Shown: positions 1 to 7,940 of the stretch, one piece after another
How the letters are laid out: the number at the start of each line of letters is the position of its first letter
How positions within the stretch are numbered: the first letter of the stretch is position 1
Assembly: GCF_006345805.1 (NCBI RefSeq)
Contig: NW_021826626.1
Location: 1 to 12,363, forward strand
Reading direction: 5' to 3'
Length of the DNA: 12,363 nt
Source of the DNA: Octopus sinensis
Lineage: Eukaryota
The notes under the pieces: model-generated
What the model saw: the letters and a program-made list of their open reading frames with translations, nothing else
Database searches by the model: none
Told to the model about the DNA's origin: nothing
Program-made: the position numbers and the translations under genes

Positions 1-700
1 TCTAATTAAGACACATCGATTTTATAACCGTTAATATTTTCATCTTTTAAGTTCCAGATATATTTGGGCAGTGAAAGGGGTGGAACATCTTTCTGAGTGT
101 ATTCATATGTTGCGAAAATCTTTTTTAGAGCGATTTTCAATATGTTCTACATGACTTATGGTTCCACTACTGTTTTCAAGAAAGAACTTTACCGAATAAT
201 CTAATGACATTGAAGGACTCATGCCACTGTGAGGTCAGATATTGGGGTTATTACAATTATATGGCGGAGAAGGATTTTGTGTGTTTGTGCTGGGCAGTTT
301 TTACCTGATTGTATTCATTATTGAACAAGCTAACCTTTTGATGCAACGATAGCTGACCGTAAAACTATTTCTATCAAATATCTTTTGATATCTATGGTCT
401 GCAGGGAAATGCTCATTTATGACATTAAAAGAAATCCTGACACCATTTAAACTATATGGAGGATTATACAGTATACTATTTCGACTGTTATTTTGGGGGA
501 TTTGTTAGTAGTACTGTTCTGTATATAATGCGTTCTGTCTTTGAGGCGTTAAAGGATAATATGAATATGCGCTCACTAATTATCGTATAAGTGTTTCGTA
601 CCTGAATAAGCTTGGCATCCACTTGTTTAGCATAGTTCTTACACCAGACAACGATTCTTTTCATATAACTAAATAAATGTCAAAGGTTTTGCATTTTCGG
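1..700 (-). mobile_element. Decayed Penelope-like element (PLE): RT-thumb/linker and C-terminal GIY-YIG endonuclease remnant, continuing off the window start
   Basis: Manual minus-strand translation. The frame 504->304 is open and reads QIPQNNSRNSILYNPPYSLNGVRISFNVINEHFPADHRYQKIFDRNSFTVSYRCIKR. This matches the PLE linker signature (W/Y)NPPYS...KHFP..H...KIFNRNT.KVSYSC (YNPPYS at 468->451). After frameshifts come YNCNNPNI*PHSGMSP (CNC..CP..G.C motif, 261->), SHVEHIENRSKK (degenerate YVG.TE..FK.R) and LPKYIWNLKDENINGYKI (LSKYIW.LK). Multiple stops and frameshifts. The 5' boundary is approximate. Confidence 0.85.
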
Positions 701-886
701 TTCATGATTCATGTAGCTACAACAACGTATTTAGTCTCAGAACTTCTTGCATTTACATAGTTTTATTTTTATCTTTTTTAAAATTCTTTTTTTTTTTTTT
801 ACTTTTAAGACTAATTTTAGGCATTTTTTTTATTTTCCATTATCATTAACAATCGATTAGTTAATTGGTTAAATGGTTGACTAATT

Positions 887-902
887 GACTAATAATAACA
901 GC

Positions 903-945
<43 letters not shown>

Positions 946-992
946 TGATGATGATGACGACGACGACGATGATAAATATGATACTACTACTT

Positions 993-1047
<55 letters not shown>

Positions 1048-1080
1048 CACTACTACTAGCAATAATAATAATAATAATAA
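887..1080. repeat. Compound trinucleotide microsatellite (AAT)n-(GAT/GAC)n-(TAC)n-(AAT)n
   Basis: Directly visible. It explains ORFs 881..1111 and 885..1142. Confidence 0.97.
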
Positions 1081-1265
1081 TCCTTTCTACTATAGGATCA
1101 AGGGCTGACATTTTGGGGGTGGGGATTAGTCGGTTACATTAACCCCAGTGTATAACTGGTACTTATTTCATTGACCCCGAAAAAATGAAAGCCAAAGTCG
1201 ACCTCGGTGGAACTTGGACTCAGATCGTAAAGACGGACAAAATGCCACAAACCATTTTACCCGGC
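1061..1265 (-). mobile_element. tRNA-derived SINE, 5'-truncated, with (TTA)n tail
   Basis: The minus strand shows a degenerate B-box region (ctgagtccaagttc), the body GGTCGACTTTGGCTTTCAT...GGGGTCAATGAAATAAGTACCAG, then cctatagtagaaagg followed by a (TTA)n tail. I recognise this as an abundant octopus SINE. The central segment resembles a conserved SINE domain I recall from Sauria/Meta-type SINEs (recollection, not searched). Confidence 0.8.
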
Positions 1266-1282
1266 GAATAATAACAGAGCCA

Positions 1283-1520
1283 AATACCACCACCACCACC
1301 ACCACCAATGCGTCTACCACCATCAATACCTGTCCCCCCCGCCGCCGCCGCTACCATCACCAACACAAACAATAACAACAACACAACCACCACCATCACC
1401 ATCACCACCAGCACCAGCACCACCACCAATAACAACTGCAGCACCATCATGACCATCATTACCATCGGCATCGACATCCCCGCCACTCCGACGTCACTCC
1501 CCCCGCCACCCGCCGCTACC
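1283..1520. repeat. Low-complexity CAC/AAC/CAT/GCC triplet array
   Basis: Directly visible. It explains ORFs 1220..1486 and 1308..1538. Confidence 0.9.
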
Positions 1521-1645
1521 CAATTCCAACGTCAATGACGTCGGAAGAGTTTTTAGCGAATGTCCGGTCTTTCTTGGATATAGTTTGATGCGGTGACGTC
1601 AGAGACGAGGTGTTGTTGCTTCGCCATCTTAGCAGCACATGACGT

Positions 1646-1647
<2 letters not shown>
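1489..1647. promoter_or_regulatory. Candidate promoter/enhancer module: CRE cluster plus YY1 consensus and ETS core
   Basis: Perfect TGACGTCA at 1594-1601 and 1640-1647. 7/8 CRE matches at 1489-1496 (cgacgtca) and 1536-1543 (tgacgtcg). Half-site at 1529-1533. YY1 consensus CGCCATCTT at 1622-1630 (AAGATGGCG on minus). CGGAAG at 1542-1547. The segment is CpG-rich relative to its surroundings. Confidence 0.45.
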
Positions 1648-1682
<35 letters not shown>

Positions 1683-1886
1683 GCATGCACGCACACACAT
1701 GCATATATACGTACATACATACATACAGGCTTATATGCAAGTATTGCATGTACACAAACACACATATAGGAATATATACATACATACATACATACATATA
1801 CATATAAACGTACGTATACAAGCAGGCACATATGCACAGACACACACAGATATACATGCATACATACATACATATATATATATACG

Positions 1887-1927
<41 letters not shown>

Positions 1928-2275
1928 TATATAATATAGATATATTATATATATATACAATATATATAATGTATATATATATATATATATATATAATAGA
2001 TATATTACATGCACATATACATATATGTGTATATGTGTGTGTATATATATGTATGTGCATATATGTACACATACGTACACACACACATATGTGTGTATAT
2101 ATGTACACACATATATATGTTCATGTGTATATGCGCTTTTATATATACACGCGTCTATGTATGTATGTATGTATGTATGTATGTATGTATGTATGTATGT
2201 ATGTATGTATGTATGTATGTATGTATGTATGTATGTATGTATGTATGTGTGTGTGAATGAGTATGTATGTAAGTA
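1648..2275. repeat. Compound (CA)n/(TACA)n/(TA)n/(TATG)n/(TG)n microsatellite
   Basis: Directly visible, with pure (TATG)n at about 2157-2247. It explains all Y/I/H/M/C/V-rich ORFs between 1553 and 2279. Confidence 0.97.
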
Positions 2276-2300
2276 TTAATGTTTTTCTTTGAGGTTTATT

Positions 2301-3075
2301 TACGACTGAAAAGTTCATAGGCTGACCAAGTTACTCTCATGGAATGTGATCAAATGAGGTTTATTTTCATCATAGTCCTCCCCCCACCCCTCTTGCAGTC
2401 CGCACACTCCTTCCATCAGTGTTGCTGTGTTTGGATCCCATCGGCGAAGAAGCTTTCATCCTGCTGCTCGAAATAGTCATCAACAGCAGATATGACGTCA
2501 TCATCACTGCAAACACTGCTTCCCAGCCAAGAACGGATGATAGTCAGGTGGGGGCCAAATCAGGAGAAACAGGACGCCATATTCATGCCACAGCAGCTAT
2601 TGAAACGGAGGCCTTGGCTGCTGTAGCATCGTCTTTTTCGTCAGTTTTCCAGGACGTTTGATCTTGATAGCCTTTTTGTAACTGCTTCAGCAACTTGGTA
2701 TAGTACTGTCCATTGTGGCCCTCTTGAAGCTTATCTATAAATACAATGCCTTTTGCACCCCACAAAACAGAGGCAATCACCATCCCTGCTGATGAAGCAA
2801 CCTTGGCTTTGTTTGAAGTAAACGAGGTGGCCTGTTTCTTCTGCATAGATTAGGTCTTTTTCTCAGGCTCAAAGGGATGAACCTAACTCATCCTGGGTTA
2901 GGTAATATTCTAGGAAACAAGCTGGATTTGCCTCAAACAATGTCAGATTTTCTAGTGATGTGATCAGCCCGGTGTGCTTTTGATCAGGGCCTGAAGACGT
3001 GGCACCCGCCGAGCAGAAGAAACCACCGTCATGCCAAGTTCATTGTGCAGAATATTCTCAACTCTCTCACGGAAT
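2301..3075 (-). pseudogene. Mariner (Tc1/mariner DD34D) transposase remnant, 5'-truncated, with degenerate 3' TIR
   Basis: The minus strand, through frameshifts, gives ERVENILHNELGM..SAR(R/W)VPRL...TQDE(first catalytic D)..VHPFEPE...KAKVASSAGMVIASVLWGAKGIVFIDKLQEGHNGQYYTKLLKQL...SPDLAP.DYH...SDDDVISAVDDYFEQQDESFFADGIQ, with a stop near 2361-2363. A TIR remnant tacgactgaaaagttcataggctga lies at about 2301-2325. ORF 2583..2846 is part of it. Confidence 0.93.
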
Positions 3076-3243
3076 TATTTAAAGAATCTCAGGTGGAGAA
3101 TCTTCGGAATGCCTACGAATTTTCCCTGCCCTGCTAAAACTTTGAATTTGGGGAGTTTGCGTCAGTTTCCTTTGCCCTTCTTAAAAAAAAAAACTCCTAG
3201 AATTTCTAGTTATTTTTCTAAATCTGTAGATACATAGCCCCGT

Positions 3244-3244
<1 letters not shown>

Positions 3245-3275
<31 letters not shown>

Positions 3276-3440
3276 CACACACACACACACACACAACTGC
3301 TTCTTTCAGTTTCCGTGTACCAAAATCCACTCACAAGGCTTTGGTTGACCCAATGCTATAGCAGAAGACACTTGTGCAAGGTGATAAGTAGTGGGACTGA
3401 ACCCGGAACCATGTGGTTGGGAAGCAAACTTACCACACAA
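3245..3440 (-). mobile_element. tRNA-derived SINE (GTGTGGTAAG...GGGTTCAGTCCCA family) with (TG)n tail
   Basis: The minus strand reads gtgtggtaagtttgcttcccaaccacatggttccgggttcagtcccact...caagtgtcttctgctatagc...gccttgtgagtggattttggtacacggaaactgaaagaagc, then (TG)n. B-box-like GGGTTCAGTCCC. Homologous to 4865-4960. Confidence 0.85.
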
Positions 3441-3446
3441 CATCTC

Positions 3447-3836
3447 TCCTTACTATCTCTCTCTCCTCTTCCCTCCCTCTCTCCATCAATCCATCTCTCT
3501 CTCTCTCTCTATCTATCTATCTTTCTATCTATATCTTTTAAATTTATGGAAAATGTTTGAACATAGTATGTATGTATGTATGTACGTATGTAAATATGTA
3601 TGTTTGTATGTATGCATGAATGCCTGCGTCTGTCTGTCTGTATATATACATACATATATATTATATTATATATATATATATTAATATATATATATATTAT
3701 ATATATACATAATATATATATATAATATATGTGTGTATATATATATATATATATAAGTAAATTAAATTAGAGATAAAATATATCCCCAAATTTATATATA
3801 TATATATATATACATATATATTATGTTATATATATA

Positions 3837-3874
<38 letters not shown>

Positions 3875-3930
3875 TATTATATATTATATATATACACACA
3901 CACACACACATACATATTCATACATATACA
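3447..3930. repeat. Compound (CT)n/(CTAT)n/(TATG)n/(TA)n/(CA)n microsatellite block
   Basis: Directly visible. Confidence 0.92.
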
Positions 3931-4105
3931 AGAAAACCAAAATTACAAAGGCATAAACGATTATCTTGCGAACTTGATTAGCATTGCACCGAGAAAGAGA
4001 GAAAAGCGAGAGGGGATGTTGCTAGCTCCATATTTTCTCTCTGAGAATCATTGACAGATAAAATCATTTTTGAACGAAATTAGAAATATTAATATTTAAA
4101 TTACA

Positions 4106-4107
<2 letters not shown>

Positions 4108-4146
<39 letters not shown>

Positions 4147-4157
4147 TCTCTCTCTCT
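4108..4157. repeat. (CT)n microsatellite
   Basis: Directly visible. Confidence 0.97.
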
Positions 4158-4544
4158 GTTTCACTTTATCTCCGTCTTTTCCTTTCTTATTCTCGACACA
4201 AACGATATGCATTTCTTTAAATATAACGTTACTTAGTGATTCAATACTCAACACTTCAGAAGACACGATCGGGTGACTCTTCAGCTGAAGATGCCAAACA
4301 AGGTAGAAAAACGCCCAGAGTTATCTTTCTCTTTGAAATGAAACAACGACGTTAAGAACAGAATTCATATTCTGTTTATTTGATTTTTCGTCAAATACTT
4401 GGTTCTTGTTTAGCTTTCCGTTTTCACTTTTGTTTTTGATATTTACGTGCTTTTAAAAAAAACAAATTTTCATCCATTTAATATCATTTATCATGTCACT
4501 GACATCTAAGAATTACTCGGTTTTAAACAATTCTCTTTCTGCGT

Positions 4545-4830
4545 GTATTTGTGCGTGCTTGTGTTGTGTGTGTTTGTGTTGTGTTTGTGATGTGTGTGTG
4601 TGTGTGTGTACGCGCGCGCGCGAAATTTTAAGCAGTGCAATTCGAAGTCAAATCGTTAATATATTTAGATACCGCGCCATATTTACTCTGCTTGTTCCTT
4701 TGTACACCTCTCTATGTATGTATATGTGTATGCTTGTATGCATGTACTATGCATATACGTATTTTTTCTATCTATCTATCTATCTATCTATCTGTTTGTC
4801 TGTCTATCTGTTTGTCTGTCTATTTGCATA
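4545..4830. repeat. (GT)n-(CG)n and (TATC)/(TGTC)n microsatellites
   Basis: (GT)n is followed by (CG)6 near 4611-4622, with TATG/TATC/TGTC repeats at 4712-4825 and non-repetitive sequence between them. Confidence 0.85.
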
Positions 4831-4864
4831 TAGACATATAAATGTAAATATGAACATAAACATC

Positions 4865-4960
4865 GCAGGTGTGTGGTAAGAAGCTTGCTTCCCAATCACA
4901 TTGTTCCGGGTTCAGTCCCACTGTGTGGCTTCTTGGCCAAGTGTCTTCTACTATAGCCTC
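4865..4960 (+). mobile_element. tRNA-derived SINE 5' fragment (same family as 3245-3440)
   Basis: gtgtggtaagaagcttgcttcccaatcacattgttccgggttcagtcccactgtgtggc...caagtgtcttctactatagcc. 36/38 identity to the reverse complement of 3390-3427 over 4885-4922. Confidence 0.88.
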
Positions 4961-4965
4961 AAACC

Positions 4966-5032
4966 AATATATATATATATATCAATATATATATATATAT
5001 ATATCTTAATCTATCTATCTATCTATCTATCT

Positions 5033-5076
<44 letters not shown>

Positions 5077-5104
5077 CTACCTACCTACCTACCTACCTAC
5101 CTAC

Positions 5105-5149
<45 letters not shown>

Positions 5150-5271
5150 ATCTATCTATCTATCTACCTACCTACCTACCTACCTACCTACCTACCTATC
5201 TACCTACCTACCTACCTACCTATCTATCTATCTATCTATCTATCTATTACACCTCTCTCTCTATATATAAG

Positions 5272-5329
<58 letters not shown>

Positions 5330-5380
5330 TGCTTACATATACATGTATATACATGTACATATAGACATATATATATTCCT
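4966..5380. repeat. (TA)n, (TCTA)n/(CCTA)n and (GATA)n tetranucleotide arrays
   Basis: Directly visible. It explains ORF 4901..5278. Confidence 0.97.
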
Positions 5381-5530
5381 ATATATAATGACTCTTTAGC
5401 TGCTCGTCAGCTCCGGTTGAGAAGATCTGTGATAAAAGGCCTTGCAGTCAGGCCTCCGCCGCCTTTATAGATGCATATCTAGGTCTATATTATCTTAGTA
5501 GGTCAATGCACACATATAAATATATCTTTC

Positions 5531-5534
<4 letters not shown>

Positions 5535-5568
<34 letters not shown>
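5535..5568. repeat. (TG)n microsatellite
   Basis: Directly visible. Confidence 0.97.
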
Positions 5569-5569
<1 letters not shown>

Positions 5570-5574
5570 TGTTT

Positions 5575-5942
5575 CTCTTGTTGCTCCGACTAAACTCATA
5601 TTGAACAGACCAATGATCAAAAGCATTCCTATCGTGGCCATCTCGTCATATTTTTGTCTTCAAGTTTACTGTAGCTAGGATTATATAATCTAACTTGTCC
5701 TTATTGTTTTCGAAAACAGCAGATCTGTTGATTTTAAGAGAGATTTAGTTGCTATTTCTAGCAGGTCGGATGACCGTGATCAAAAGCATTCCTATCGTGG
5801 CCATCTCGTCATATTTTCATCTTCAAGTTTAGCGTGGCTAGGATTACATAATCTAACTTGCCCTTATTGTTTTCGAAAACAGCAGATCTGTTGATTTTAA
5901 GAGAGATTTAGTTGCTATTTCTAGCAGGTCGGATGACCATGA
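5575..5942 (-). mobile_element. 3' part of a dispersed SINE-like repeat containing a 163-bp tandem duplication (5614-5776 / 5777-5939)
   Basis: The two 163-nt units align without gaps (8 mismatches). The motif gagatttagttgctatttctagcaggtcg recurs at about 10942-10970 (gagatttggttactatttctagcaggtcg), which shows a dispersed family. Orientation is inferred from the GTT-rich tail at the left end of both copies. Confidence 0.7.
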
Positions 5943-5989
5943 ACGGGCTTCAAACTCTGTTGTGAAAATGTGATACAAATGATTTATAT

Positions 5990-6569
5990 CCTCCACTACA
6001 ACTACATCCGCCGCCGTTGTTGGCGCTGTCGTCGCCATCATCATCATCACCACCACCACCGACGTCCTCCTGCTTCTGCCCATGCCCCTCTTCCTCCTTC
6101 TCCTCCTCTTCATTATCGTTTAAATCGCCCCCGTTATTATCGTTATCATCGTCGTCATCATCATCATTTTCCTCCCCTTCTCTTCTTCTTCTTCTTCCTC
6201 CTCGTCGTCGTCATCATCATCACATCAGCACAACCACCACCGTCATCAATATCGTCATCATCATCACCATCATCACCACCACCACCATCATCATCACCAC
6301 CACCACCTCCACCATCATCATCATCATCGTCGTCGTCGTCATCATCGTCATCGTCATCATCATCATCACCACCACCATCATCATCACCACCACCACCATC
6401 ACCACCACTACCACCACCATCATCACCGTCGTCGTCGTCGTCTTCATCGTCATCATCATCATCATCATCGTCATCATCATCACCACCACCACCACCACCA
6501 CCACCACCATCATCACCACCACCACCACCATCATCACCGTCGTCGTCGTCGTCGTCGTCATCATCATCC

Positions 6570-6608
<39 letters not shown>

Positions 6609-6610
6609 AC
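5990..6610. repeat. Compound CAT/CAC/CGT/CCT/CTT triplet array
   Basis: Directly visible. It explains ORFs 5970..6632, 6017..6772 and 6220..6684. Confidence 0.96.
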
Positions 6611-6937
6611 AGCCCCTCCAAAACCCCATTAATATCCAGAAATAAAACCCGATCGCACCAGACAAAAGATGACCAAAAAAGCATACGAGATCAGCGTCTG
6701 TGCAAAGTGCACCATAAACCTGCAACAGAACTCATGCAAAATGCAACGAATGCAACACAAAATGGAGGCTGAAAACTGGTTCTTCCGGTTTTATATACCA
6801 GCATCGCCAACAGAGGTCGCCATACACACCAATATCAGGAAACATCACTTCTGGACTCACGACTAGAATATCCGTCTATGTTTATGCGATGAACTTTTGA
6901 CCTTTTCACTAAGTCAGTGACCTTTGTGGTTTGGGTT

Positions 6938-7019
6938 GTAGTAGTAGTAGTAGTAGTAGCGGTAGTAGAGAACTTACCACTACCACCGAGATACTCACCT
7001 CGACATACTGCTGCTGCTG

Positions 7020-7062
<43 letters not shown>

Positions 7063-7430
7063 CATCACCACTACCACCACCTTTACTACAATCGCCACTA
7101 CCACCACCTTTACTATCACCACCACCACCACTACTACAACTACTACTACTACTACTACCCATCACACATGTTGCTACTGTTACCATTAGATAGGCTACTA
7201 CTATCACCACCGCCTACATTCATACCAGAGCACCACCATCATCAACGCTACCACCTCACCACCTCCAACACCGACAACATTACTCGATGTCCTACCGATC
7301 CTACTAAGCATTCGCTCGCCTCAACAACAACAACAAAAGCAACAGCAACATCAGCCACAAAAGTAAGAAGAGGAATAACAACAACAACAATAGCATCGGC
7401 ACCAGCATCAGTAGCAGCAACAACAACAAT
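6938..7430. repeat. Compound (GTA)n/(CTG)n/(CTA)n/(CAC)n/(AAC)n/(AGC)n triplet array
   Basis: Directly visible. It explains ORFs 6835..7131, 6917..7189, 6931..7452 and 6995..7210. Confidence 0.93.
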
Positions 7431-7625
7431 GCCTTCTTTTATTGGTCACTAAAGACCGTGGCGTTGAAGGGAATACAAGGAGGTAACAAATAAAATTTAC
7501 ATTGCATCAAACAGAAATAATACAAAAAATATTAAAGAATTACAAGGAATTTGCCAAAAGAAGGGAAGACCACCCCATGGTAATTCAGGGGCCCCGTTTC
7601 AATAAAAACCCTGATAAGTCTACCA
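7431..7625 (-). mobile_element. Probable LINE 3' UTR, possibly belonging to the Tx1/L1 element at 7941-8470
   Basis: The minus strand is T-rich and ends in AATAAA (7443->7438) followed by a (TTG)n tail, the typical end of a non-LTR element. It has the same orientation as the Tx1 ORF2 end about 300 bp away. The assignment is inference. Confidence 0.4.
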
Positions 7626-7821
7626 CAGTTAAGATATCAAAAGTGCCTACACCCTGTTTCGTTTCTCCTACATAGAAAAACATATTTAGGATAGTATTAA
7701 TGACTTGTAGGTACACGGTATTTCGTTATGCAACAAAGTATATTGAACGTTTTTATAAGTCAATACCGCGTACTACTGTGTTAGCAGTGCTATTACATCA
7801 CTTGTTAAGGAAATCTCTTCA

Positions 7822-7927
7822 GATTTTCTATAGAAATCATAACCGGCACTGATTTTGTTACGACGTTTACGACGTCGGATACGAAACGTAACAAAATCTG
7901 TGTTGGTTATAATTTCTATAGAGAATC
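7822..7927. repeat. 106-bp imperfect palindrome (fold-back / MITE-like)
   Basis: The arms 7822-7862 and 7887-7927 are reverse complements at 36/41 positions. The interior is also partly self-complementary around cgacgtcg (7870-7877). Confidence 0.92.
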
Positions 7928-7940
7928 GGTAGAAATGATC

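Noticed and set aside
193-668. Apparent minus-strand host exons (602-668 YMKRIVVWCKNYAKQVDAKLIQ; 305-352 LSLHQKVSLFNNEYNQ; 193-226 WHESFNVIRLF) with AG/GT boundaries
   Set aside because: The same DNA, read in other frames, gives an ordered series of PLE linker and GIY-YIG motifs (NPPYS, HFP, KIFDRN, CNC-like, KYIW.LK), which explains the region far better. The splice-like sites are probably chance.
711-730. atgtagctac shared with 11627-11636 near the 5' boundaries of both PLE fragments
   Set aside because: A 10-mer match is expected many times by chance in a 12-kb AT-rich window. The two PLEs are on opposite strands and cover different domains.
881-2279. Long ORFs of 74-205 aa with poly-N/L/T or Y/I/H/V/C repeats
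   Set aside because: These are translations of di-, tri- and tetranucleotide microsatellites, which lack stop codons by composition.
2493-2500. Another perfect TGACGTCA
   Set aside because: It is an isolated site arising from mariner codons D-D-V on the minus strand, with no supporting motifs.
2788-2825. CTGATGA hammerhead half-core
   Set aside because: No GAAA follows a helix II. It is the antisense of mariner codons (ASSAG).
5853-7452. ORFs up to 251 aa with poly-S/P/H/T/I/Y tracts resembling extensin- or mucin-like proteins
   Set aside because: All reading frames and both strands give such ORFs because the DNA is a CAT/CAC/CGT/CTA triplet array. There are no domain motifs or splice context.
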